Source: Octopus bimaculoides
Lineage: Eukaryota
Assembly: GCF_001194135.2 (NCBI RefSeq)
Contig: NC_068982.1
Coordinates: 48,621,308 to 48,685,307 of the forward strand
Reading direction: 5' to 3'
DNA: 64,000 nt
Below are positions 1 to 10,573 of this stretch, in pieces; position 1 is the stretch's first letter, and every line of letters begins with the position of its first letter. Both the position numbers and the translations under genes were made by a program. Under the pieces are notes generated by a model. That model saw only the letters and a list, made by a program, of their open reading frames with translations, was not told the origin of the DNA and searched no databases.

Positions 1-1
1 G

Positions 2-313
2 CACGAACCCAAACTGCATCTCATCTAAATTGATTCGCTCCCTAATTAGTTGGGCTATGACCCTCTCTGTAACTTTCATAACCTGATCTAACAGCTTGAT
101 GCCTCTGTAATTATTTGTATCTAAAGCGTCCCCTTTACCTTTGTAGCAGTTGACTATGATGCTGCTACACCAGTCATAGGGTATGACTCCTTCGTGTATC
201 ACCTGGTTCGTAATACGGGTGACTAGGCTATAGCCAACACTGCCAGATATTTTGAGCATCTCTGCAGTGATTCCTGATGGGCCGGGGGCTTTCCCGGTCT
301 TCATACTCTTAAT
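2..313 (-). mobile_element. RTE-clade non-LTR retrotransposon, reverse transcriptase N-terminal part, 5'-truncated, runs off window edge
   Basis: Minus-strand translation is uninterrupted: IKSMKTGKAPGPSGITAEMLKISGSVGYSLVTRITNQVIHEGVIPYDWCSSIIVNCYKGKGDALDTNNYRGIKLLDQVMKVTERVIAQLIRERINLDEMQFGFV. It has the KAPGP, W..S.IV..YKGKGD, NYRGI.LL and QFGF motifs of RTE RT. Homology stops abruptly at about 313. Confidence 0.92.
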
Positions 314-315
314 TG

Positions 316-690
316 ATATTTTTACTTTTATTTTTATTCTATTATTTCCCTTTATATTTCTTATATCCATCCTTTCCCAAAATAACTCCTTATATTGAAC
401 TCTACTATTTTCCTCTATTTAACCATCTCACTTCGTCTCTGCTGAAGGGATATTCCAAATATCCCAGAAACAGCTGTAAGACTACATTTCTCTTTGTAAA
501 TGTCCTATAAATTCCACATAGCCTTGGTTTTGTTGTCTCATTTTATTTAACATATCCATGCTCACACAAGACCTGCATTAGGCTCCTCACTCATATTATT
601 ACCAAACCGGGAGTCTAACTACAGTCCTCCCATAGCACTTACATAGCTTCACCTGCCATCTTAGGTCTTCTGGATACCAATACCTCTCAT
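316..690 (+). mobile_element. Penelope-like terminal repeat remnant (hammerhead-bearing family; related copy at 58160-58380)
   Basis: Shares the block GTCTCTG(A/C)TGAA.GGATAT...ATATCC.GAAACAGCTGTAAGAC...TAAATGT.CT...AGCCTTGG with 58270-58360. PLE assignment is inferred from the hammerhead motif. Confidence 0.5.
435..482 (+). ncRNA. Minimal type I hammerhead ribozyme motif, core variant (CUGCUGA), probably inactive
   Basis: Stem I GTCT(435-438)/AGAC(479-482); core CTGCTGA 439-445; stem II GGGATATT-CCA-AATATCCC 447-465; GAAA 467-470; palindromic stem III ACAGCTGT 470-477; GUA cleavage triplet 476-478. Confidence 0.6.
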
Positions 691-781
691 ATATAAATAT
701 ATATATAATAATAATATCAATAATCCTTGGATGGCATACATAAACATTTAATGCATTGCTATATATATGTGTCTGTATATA

Positions 782-826
<45 letters not shown>

Positions 827-982
827 NNNNNNNNNNNNNNNNNNNNNNNNNNNNNNNNNNNNNNNNNNNNNNNNNNNNNNNNNNNNNNNNNNNNNNNNNN
901 NNNNNNNNNNNNNNNNNNNNNNNNNNNNNNNNNNNNNNNNNNNNNNNNNNNNNNNNNNNNNNNNNNNNNNNNNNNNNNNNNN
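827..982. other. Assembly gap beside (TA)n
   Basis: Run of N. Confidence 1.
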
Positions 983-2317
983 CTTAGTAATATAAGTTTG
1001 CATCCCAAAATTTATATATATATATATATTTATATGAAAACCATCCCACTTAAGCAGAGTAATACATAAAGGAGAGGAAGAGAATGGTATGTGTATGCAT
1101 GTGTCTATATAAACACAAAGGAAGAAAGGAAACAAAAATGATTTGAGACATATGATGAGTTAAAATTGCATCCCCTATTTACCGCTTCAGCATATTACCA
1201 TATTGTTAAGTAGATTGAACAATATTTAATGCTTGGGACATTAAACAGCTAAAGTAGAACTGAATGTGCAGAGGAAGAGAAATAATATTAGCTGATGGTT
1301 AATATTTTTCCGTTTATTTATTTATTTATATATTTATTATTTTTTGGTAAGTGCAGAAGATAACTTTAGACATGTTTAAGCTTTATTGGGCAGCCTCAAA
1401 GTGCAACTTTACCTTCACTTGCTGAAATATTGGCAATAACCAAACCAGTTAAGTAAATATATATAGAAATTTATATTTATTGATGTAGAGGAAAAGACTT
1501 ATTTGAGGATTAAATAATTCTGAGAACCATCTTCATAAAATATAATAGTTAAGTAGGTAAAAGCATATTATATTACCATTAAGCTACTGGTATTCTCTTT
1601 AAGTTTACGTTCATGTAATTGGTTGGTTGGTTGGCTAGGTAGTTGGTATTTTCCCATTTTCTTTGCTTAGTAGATGCTGCATTTTTAAATTGCAAGCAAT
1701 TATTTGATAGCAAAATTGTTTATGCCTTATGTTCAAGATGAAAGAACAAAGGTGCATTGTCAATCAATTTTCTAGATACATAAGGAAAAAGAAATTCAAC
1801 AAATATCATAAAGTTTACAGTACCTGAATCTGAGGATTTATTTATGTGGTCAGTTTCTTTAAACAATATTATCATTTTATTAATGTCCACTGTTCTTAGC
1901 TAGCTTAGGTCAGAGGAAACTTACTGAAGGAGTTTCTCTATGGATGCATGCCTTACCTACCACCAACTTCCAATGGTTCCCAAGCAAGACTTCCCTTAGT
2001 TCTTCAAACAAAGAACAGCTGGCTAAATGGCCTGACATGTTTTTATAACAGATTGTAACTAAATACCACTGTCTATATGATAGTGACATTGCTTTAATGC
2101 AGAGTGCCAACAACGAGAGAGCACAAACACATGAACTTATACACAGTTGGTTTTCTACAGTTTCTGTCAACCAATTCCACTTACAGTCTATGGTAACAGA
2201 AGAAGACACCTGACTATAGTGCCACACAGGAAGGTTGAACCAGAAACCATGTAGCTTTGAAACACACTTGTTAATCACATTACCTAAACACAGACACACA
2301 CACACACATATATATTT

Positions 2318-2452
2318 TGACGTTGAGAAGGGCATCCAGTTGTAGAAACCATGCCAAAACAGACATGGAGCTTTAACAGCCCTTCAGCTTGTCAGCTCCT
2401 GTCAAACCATCCAACCCATGCCACCATGGAAAACAGACGGTTAAATGATGAT
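2318..2452 (+). mobile_element. RTE-type 3' tail fragment ending in (GAT)n
   Basis: GAAGGGCATCCAG.TGTAGAAAC...CCATCCAACCCATGCC..CATGGAAAACAGACG.TTAAATGATGAT, the same tail as 27844-28050, 33540-33686 and 38500-38645. Confidence 0.7.
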
Positions 2453-3145
2453 CACACACACATGCACACACATACACACACAAATATATATATTCATTAT
2501 TCTTATACAAGAATGTTTTTGATAGAATAACCCATCAAATTAATCTAAAATGGTTTTTATTATAACTCAGCATAAAAACAAACATTAATATATTCATGCA
2601 TATATATGTGTGTGTAAGTTAAATTCAAACTTACTAAAACAAACAAAAATGAAGAGAAAAAATAATCTGTAATAAGAAACATCATATACAGTTACTATAC
2701 CAACAGTAAACTTTGGTTTTTACTGGAATATTGCACTTAAAAGACATGCATGAAGTTGAGGTGACAAATGATAAGTCTTCCATAAAAAAAAGGATACTGG
2801 CTACTTTAGTTACACTAACCTACAAATGTTCAATGTGAACATCAACTGCATGAATTGGAGGGTTTAGGAAAGCAGTTCTTCCTTTGTCTAACATACAAAA
2901 ATGACGGTCTGGATAAACTGAAAAGAAACTGTTTCTCATTTTTGAGCAACATTTCCTCTTCTGTTGAGAAAGGTGGATGATGCCCTTAAGCTAAGTAGTT
3001 CCAAAGACTAACATCTAAAATTTCACATTGTTCCTTTTTTTTTTCCAAATTACTCTAAACTATTGTTGTTTAGATCTTGGAATAGACTTATATAATTTTG
3101 TCCATACATTTCTAAAAGTTTGCAATGTTATTATTTCTCCTTTGA

Positions 3146-3450
3146 GCTGGCACTCCATCACTTATGACAGTGAGTGTTGATCTAATGATCAGAACAACCT
3201 GCTTGTGAAATTAACATGCAAGTGGCTGGGTACTTCACAAATATGCATACACTTAACATAGTTCTCAGGGGGATACAGAATGTAACAAGGCTGGCACTTT
3301 GAATTAAAGGTACTACTAATTGTTGCCAGCTAAGTGAACTGGAGCAATGTGAAATATAGCTTTTTACTCAAGGACACAATGTGCCACCAGGAATTAAAAT
3401 CATGCCCTTATGATCATGACCTGAAAACCCTAACCACTAAGCCACCAACT
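3146..3450 (-). mobile_element. tRNA-derived SINE (family 3)
   Basis: Reverse complement matches 49991-50211 (GGAGTGCCAAC tail, GAGCAGG..GTT..G.TGATC) and the GGAGCAA.GTGAAAT...TTGCTCAAGGACACAA block also seen at 31840-31950 and 38840-38960. Confidence 0.7.
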
Positions 3451-6400
3451 TTCACCTCATTGAACTACTAATTATATAGTGTGGTAAACAGTGTTTGCAT
3501 GCAAACTAGTTTTAATTCCCTGTTGAGATAATATCCTTTCATTAACATATCTTTATGAACATCACAAAGTTCATGTTTTTTCATCAATAAAAATTCCTAA
3601 GTTAATTACCATCTTGCATACAGAACAAATAATTAAAAACAAAAATTTAAAGTAATTTCTATGACAGTATCACGTTTCAAACAAAATACTCAATATTAAA
3701 ACTGTTCCTTAGTATAACTTTACTTCAATCTTCATGTTAAATAGCAAAAGAAATTCTACCAATAGAGAAAAGATATTTCTTCCACTACTAACCATCATCA
3801 TCATCATCATTGTGGTCAGTTTAACAGCCACTTTTCCAGATTTACAAGGGTCAGACAGAGTTTACTGAGGCAGATTTTCTATAGCCTGATGCTCTTCTAA
3901 TCACCAACCCACAGTTATTTACCAGCTAGCCATGGCTTGACATTTTTTACAGAATATTGAAAATAACATTCATTTACAACTTTTACATGATGTCAAGACA
4001 AAGATACTCAAACATACACATACTCACTCACACACACACACACACACTTTTTTCAGTTTTCATCAAATAAATCAGGTCACAGGCCTTTGGTTCATCTGGC
4101 CCAAGTTGCCACACAGGGGTGCTGAACCTGAAATCATGTGGTTGAGGAGCAGACTTCTTAACCTCACAGCCACACATGCCTACTTACAAATATTACAACT
4201 CTAAGCACTGAAACATTTCATGGTAAATATAGGACAACAGATTATATCTGTCCAAGGTATCTTAGAAGAGATTACTGTGAGAATTACTCAACAGGATGAA
4301 ATTAAAGTGAATATTCATTCAATCACAACTGGTCACCAGGTATTATGGCTAAACCATCAGGAAAAAAGGAAAAGAACTAGCAGAAAAGAAGCCTATATCA
4401 ACTCCCTTGTTTAGGTGGGTGGTTGAGAAAAAATATTTTTTAAAACTAGCTTAAATAGGTTTCATTTTGAAATGTTTACAGGGCAGTTGATACACGTGTA
4501 ACCACTTCACTTCAAGCTCTTGCTTGATGAGGCTGGGGTCATGCCAGGTTAGTGGTTCCAGAGATGTCATGCATAGTTCCAGCCCCTCTATATCCTGACA
4601 TGTGTAACCAGAACTGGATTGTCCAACACATATGATTGAAGATGGTAATGTTTATGTTCTGCTAAGCTGCACATATCACTGTCTCTTGAGTATTTATATG
4701 AGAAAAGAGGAGGGAAAGCAGACTCCACAAACATTTATGTGGCTTCAACAACTGATATTATTAGTGAACAATTATTATTAATGGTCAGAATATTATTGTT
4801 GTTGTTGTTTAATTCCAGGCAACCCTGATATGACAATCCTAGGACTAGGGACACTCCAGCAATAACAATTCTGTTATTTTTTATATCAAGGATACCTTCC
4901 ATTTTAAGAAAGTAGGGTATGATTAGATAGAAACATGGCTGCTATTTCTTACAGATCAAGTTACCACATAGAGGTTTCCTCAAGGAAAAAAACATTAGCC
5001 TTATAGGTGGCAAAAAAATCAGCAAAAAACAGGTAGTTATTAATCAAGAAATTAAAGAGGTATTTTGAAAATGAGAGCTTAAAGTTTGTTTACTGAGAAA
5101 GGTTTAAATTTTAGGGATTAGTTCCCCAAATAATTCTCAAAAAGTATATTTTAACCAGAGCGTTTGAAGGATATCTTTTTAGGGGTAATATAAAGTACTT
5201 TTCATTTCAATGTACATTCTGTTTCACGCTTTTTTTTTTAATCTTTTAATCTGAAGGGAAGTCACTGCCTCCCCTACGATTCTTTAGAGGGCCTCGGAGA
5301 CTGATAAGAGAAAGGGAGACTAGTGAGAGGAAGACCTGGCATAAATGCATGCAGCAGAATGGACCTCATTAAAAGAACGTAAGGTGTCAGGTGGTGGTGT
5401 TAAGCTGGTGAGGAACTGAGTCTACTTACCCAAGCAAGTGTTGTAAGTTTTAAACTGAGAACTTAAAGAGTTAGAACAAATACTGGAAGGCATCCAGTTT
5501 CACACGCTTAGTTCAGTTTATCTATTACTCTGAATTGATACATATTTCTATCAAGCCTAGAAAGATCAAAGACAAAGTTGACTTTAGAGGGATTTGAACT
5601 CAGAGCACAAAACATTAGAGCTAATACTGTGAGATATTTTGTCTGATGCTCTGACAACTAACATTTCTTGTGTTGCGTAGAGCAGTAGATCATCAGTAAA
5701 TTTAGGTTTTTGAAATCCATATTGAATGCCAGATAAGTTTTGGCTGTACAGACTTATGAATTAAATTGCTTTATCTTATCCTATTGAGTATTATGTATCT
5801 GAGACTACCTATCCAAATGTAACCCTTTCTTTTTCAAGGTGATAGGATGTAATTTAGATAAGATTTGAATGCCATTTCTAACAGAATGAATGATTGTGTA
5901 AAACACCATTCCACACCAAGCTAAGAATAGCCAAAGTTGCAGATATTACAGTGAAAAGATGTGCCAGTAAGATGTTATGATAATGTTACGGTAAAATGAT
6001 GTTACAGTGAGATGGTATTGTACTGAGATGTCATGCTGAGATAATGCTATGGGGAAATGATGTTTTGTTGAAATATTATCTAAATTTGTGGATTTGCTAA
6101 TCTAATTCCAGTGGGGAACACCTTAGGGGGTTAATTGATTGAAATATCTTTACGGAATTGATTACAGGTGGGTGGCCAATCAAGAAGGATAATTGTTTAA
6201 AATTTTATCTTTACTTGTGGATTTACTTTTCTAATTCCAAGGGACAAAAGCTGTGGGAGAATAAGGAATACTATCTTTGGGAATTTATCGATCCAATTCC
6301 AGAGAAGCACACAAACAGAGGGATAATTATTTGCAGTATCTTCACTTGTGGATTTATAGAACTTAAATGTCGATGAATTTATCAGGTGAGATAGGGCTAT

Positions 6401-6521
6401 TTGATTGCATTGAGAAGAGTTGCACATATGAAATGAATGAGGAATTTGCTGACTGGTAGCTAGAAAGCTGCTGGTAATCATTGGGATTAAGTAAAGGAGA
6501 AAGAGAGAAGTGACCAAAGTC

Positions 6522-6727
6522 TAACTCATTATTCTGTCAAATGTAATACTTAATTATTGACATTGTTTTTAATTAATCATTGTAGCTTCAAGATTTTCGT
6601 AATATGATTGCTTATTTTTAGAAGGACATTGTAGGGTAGGTTTGAGAGGCTGGATTTGGCCCGTTTGAACATGTAACAAGTAGAATATTTAAGCCAGATA
6701 TGGCCGGTTTGAATACTAAAGGGTTAA
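6522..6727. mobile_element. piggyBac-type MITE (TTAA-CCCT...AGGG-TTAA family), decayed left end
   Basis: Ends AATACTAAAGGG|TTAA; body matches copies at 26953, 47141, 59245 and 63322. Confidence 0.7.
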
Positions 6728-7490
6728 AGAAATGTATTTAGTATTGAAATACGATGCATACCTATTATCAGAATACAATGAAAACCTCACTTTTTAAATT
6801 ATGTCGCATTGTAGTTGTTATTGTTATTCTTTAACCCTGGTGAGCTCCGAATGACTAATGATCAAAGACATTCATCCATGACTAACCCATATTTTTCTTA
6901 CATGTTGGACACCCCGGTCTGTATTATGTTCTTTTTTAAGATAGTATGGTTTGATATGAGGCAGATTTGGCTGCTAGATGATAACACAAAACTTGGTTGT
7001 TTATCAAGGATTTTCATAAAGAATGCTAAGAGGATTACAGATTGTGCGTGGCCATGTCAAGATCACCATAGCAACCTTTTCTTATGTAGCACTGTGGAAG
7101 TGAATATGAATCTGTAATTAATCACTCGGACAGACAGAAATTTATTGCTATGATATAGTGCCAAGTCATTATGCAGGAAGAGAAAATATCAATATAATTA
7201 GTTTGTTCAAGTGAATTTTCATATACTGCTTTCTCTGATAAGTTAATTGAAATAATTTTGTAATCTACAATGTCATCCAATACTGATAATGCAATGACAG
7301 CAACCACATATTTTGGTACAATCCAAGAGATATATTTTCTAAAATGGGTTAAACATTTTTTATGTGGCTTGAAGGTTAAGAAGAGGGGCATTAATAGATA
7401 AGAAGTTGAGAGAGATAAAGAGTGAGAGAGAAAGAAATATATAGAGTGAGAGAGACTTCTTTGTCCTGTTCATTATTGCTTTTGAATTGC

Positions 7491-7494
<4 letters not shown>

Positions 7495-7539
<45 letters not shown>

Positions 7540-7557
7540 TAATAATAATTATAATAA
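7495..7557. repeat. (AAT)n microsatellite
   Basis: Direct reading; source of the poly-Ile ORFs. Confidence 0.95.
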
Positions 7558-7707
7558 ATGCTTTGATGCAGTACCAGGCAGTGACTCTCATGGCTGCTGA
7601 TCTTAACTTATTGGAAGTGTTATCATGTACATTGTTTTGTCTTGGTATAAAAGATGGGCTACAACAAATATTCTACTCAATACCACAGATTTGCATACAA
7701 AGCCCAT

Positions 7708-7761
<54 letters not shown>

Positions 7762-7837
7762 NNNNNNNNNNNNNNNNNNNNNNNNNNNNNNNNNNNNNNN
7801 NNNNNNNNNNNNNNNNNNNNNNNNNNNNNNNNNNNNN
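7762..7837. other. Assembly gap between (GA)n and (TA)n
   Basis: Run of N. Confidence 1.
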
Positions 7838-7893
<56 letters not shown>

Positions 7894-7897
<4 letters not shown>

Positions 7898-8060
7898 TAG
7901 TGTGTTTATGTATCTCATACATACATATAACATGCAAACATATACAGAGTGTTCAGGCTAAATCTGATGATTTTTATATCTACTATTTTCAAGAAGAGCT
8001 TCATATGTTGGTAAACAGTCAACAGTGTCGAAGAGCATAAAGATTAAAGTTGTAGTTGAC
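7894..8060 (+). repeat. Local duplicate of 9619-9770 (flank plus left TIR and first ~116 bp of the maT element)
   Basis: TGTGTTTATGTATCTCATAC...TATACAGAGTGTTCAGGCTAAAT...GTTGTAGTTGAC occurs at both loci, with two substitutions seen in the element part and a 15-bp indel in the flank. Confidence 0.9.
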
Positions 8061-8235
8061 TACCAGTTTGATAAGGATACATCAGGCACATGCATCACAG
8101 CCATATGAGCATGTCCTTTCGTGGCTAATGATATGTGCATCTCTGATCATGAGCAGAAGTAGTGGGGGAACATCATAGCCATGTGCTAGAAGGAATTCTT
8201 TGGGGATTCTCATTCCTAAGATATTTTTGATGTTG

Positions 8236-8274
<39 letters not shown>

Positions 8275-8345
8275 CCACTGCCTGGAATCGAACTTGGAAT
8301 TTTAGGGTTAGTAGCCCGTGCTCTTAACCACTACACCATATGGTA
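8061..8345 (-). mobile_element. tRNA-headed SINE with internal (AAT)n; body shared with the element at 61719-61950
   Basis: Minus strand begins GGTGTAGTGGTTAAGAGCACGGGCTACTAACCCTAAAATTCCAAGTTCGATTCC (A and B boxes) and ends CATATGGCTGTGATGCATGTGCCTGATGTATCCTTATCAAACTGGTAGTCA, similar to 61827-61878. Confidence 0.7.
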
Positions 8346-8469
8346 CTTATTTTTTTGGACCTGAAAGGATGAAAAGCAAAGTCAGCCTCAACAGAATTTG
8401 AAGTAAAATCAGGAAAAATGTCACCAAGCATTTTGTCTGGCATGCTAACAATTCTGACAGCTTGCCACC

Positions 8470-8543
<74 letters not shown>

Positions 8544-8975
8544 CCTTTCTATTAAAGACACAAGGCTCGACTTTTTGGGGGAGGGGCAAGTCAATTATAT
8601 TGATCCCAGTGTTTCCTTGCTACTTAATTCATCGACTCCAAAAGGATGAAAGGTAAAGTTGACCTCAGCAGAACTTGAACTCAGAATGTAAAGATGAATG
8701 AAGTACTGCTAAACATTTCACTCACTTTGCTAACAATTCTGCCATTTCGCTGCCTTTAATAATCCATTCTACTATAGGCACAAGGCCTGAAATTTTGGGG
8801 AATTGGGGCTAGTCAGCTACATTAACCTCAGTACATGACTAGAACTTGTTTTATTGATCCCAAAAGTATGACAGGTAAAGTCGACTTTGGGAGAATTTGA
8901 AATCAGAACATAAAGTCATGAAAAATGCCGCCACGTATTTTGTCTGGCATGGTAAGAACTCTGCCACCTTGCAGC
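8346..8975 (-). mobile_element. Three head-to-tail tRNA-derived SINEs (family 2) around an (AAT)n tract
   Basis: Repeated AAAGGATGAAAG..AAAGT.GAC...GAATTTGAACTCAGA...TGCTAACAATTCTG.CAGCT.GCC blocks at about 8346-8470, 8545-8758 and 8760-8975; (AAT)n at 8473-8541. Confidence 0.75.
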
Positions 8976-8987
8976 TTTAATTACAAT

Positions 8988-9029
8988 TACAACAATAATA
9001 ATAACAATGATAATAATAATAATGATGAC

Positions 9030-9080
<51 letters not shown>

Positions 9081-9085
9081 GGTAG
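8988..9085. repeat. Compound trinucleotide microsatellite (AAC/AAT/GAT/GGT)
   Basis: Direct reading. Confidence 0.9.
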
Positions 9086-9507
9086 TGATGTTTTGATAAA
9101 TGTTGATGATGATTACATTTTTCACTTATTCTTTTGAAATACATTAGGAAATGCTTTTTAAGCTACTTGAAATATTCAGTGATTATTTAAGATATTTCAA
9201 TTGGAAAACCAAAAGCAGATGAAACACATCAACAAAAATGTCTAATCGCATATTTCAAAAGGTATTCAATCCAACAGAAGCTTTGGCATTGACATTCAAG
9301 TGATAATTTAAAAGTTCTAATCTTCAACGCAAGTTCTCATGTAAATATCAAAGTCAGAAACAGGATATGTGTATTAAAATGAATAAAGAAAAAAAAAAAA
9401 AATTTCTTTTCTTCCAATTCTCCTACCTGACACTATATTTTTTCCTCTTTTCATCATCATTTCCTTCTCTTCAAACCTGCTCTTTCCTCAAAATACATAT
9501 GCATGTA

Positions 9508-9538
<31 letters not shown>

Positions 9539-9654
9539 AAGAGTATTTATCTGTGCTCACGTATATATATGTGTGTGCATATATATATGTGTGTGTGTGT
9601 GTGTGTGTTTGTATGTAAACACTTGTGTGTTTATGTATCTCATACAAACATATA

Positions 9655-10527
9655 CAGAGTGTTCAGGCTAAATCTGATGATTTTTATATCTACTATTTTC
9701 AGGAAGAGCTTCATGTGTTGGTAAACAGTCAACAGTGTCGAAGAGCATAAAGATTAAAGTTGTAGTTGACAAAAAGTTAGCTGACATGGAGACTGGAAGC
9801 CATCTGAATATTGGAAAAGTTTTATTTGTATCATGATGATTCATGCTGGCTGTTAAAATACTGACATCATAACTGCTGCTCAATACTGTGTGAACACTGT
9901 AAAGGCTATGAATTGTAACATGGCTATCATGAAAACGAAGGTCCCCTAAACTGTGATAGTCTTTGGGTGTGTTTTCAGTGAGGGTGATGTTACACTACCC
10001 TAAATCTTTGAACAGAGCCTGACGCTCACTCCTGACAGCTATGTGAAGTAGTTGGAGACTGTGGTCAAACCTGGAGGGGATTGCTGCTGGAAGGCCATAT
10101 ATGCCTCAGCAGGAACTGGTTCCTTGCCATTCCTTCGCAAAAAGCCAGAAGTGGTTGTCTGAGAGTTTCTATGACCTAATTTCTGGCCTCCTAATCCCTC
10201 TGAATATAATCCCATGGATTACTATGTGTGGGGTGAAGTTGAAAAAGACATCAACCGCTTTGCCTTGAATACCAAGGTGAGCTGGTGGCCAAGGTCAAGT
10301 GGGTGTTTGAAGACCTTCCTAAGGATACAGCGAGGAAGCCAAGTGCCAGGTTTCAGAGCCATCTGGAGGATGTAGTAGAAGCTGAGGGTGGCTACTTTGA
10401 GTAAACTGTTATCTCCCAACCATAATCTAGTTCATATTTTTGATATTTTAAAATACCTTTATTTTTTGGTGGGATATTGTGTTCTTTTCCCTTTATGCAA
10501 ACTGTCAAATTTAGCCTGAATACTTTG
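9655..10527 (+). mobile_element. Tc1/mariner maT (DD37D-type) transposon, internally deleted, both TIRs and TA target duplication present
   Basis: TA|CAGAGTGTTCAGGCTAAAT at 9653 and ATTTAGCCTGAATACTTTG|TA at 10509-10529. Broken translation 9925-10404: IMKTKVP*TVIVFGCVFSEGDV..IFEQSL..LETVVKP..AAGRPY..QQ..PCH..KSQKWLSESFYD..NFWPPN..NPMDYYVWGEVEKD..ARFQSHLEDVVEAEGGYFE*. Confidence 0.88.
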
Positions 10528-10530
10528 TAA

Positions 10531-10573
<43 letters not shown>

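Noticed and set aside
599-1135. Long ORFs with poly-YI, CV, HT or X runs here and at 7422-8040, 13257-14021, 24509-24986, 34219-34732, 42213-42841, 43122-43702 and 50143-50469
   Set aside because: Translations of (TA)n, (CA)n and (AAT)n microsatellites and N gaps; no coding signal.
8270-8345. Possible tRNA gene (minus strand)
   Set aside because: Has A and B boxes but runs into a SINE body shared with other loci and lacks a convincing acceptor stem; treated as a SINE head.
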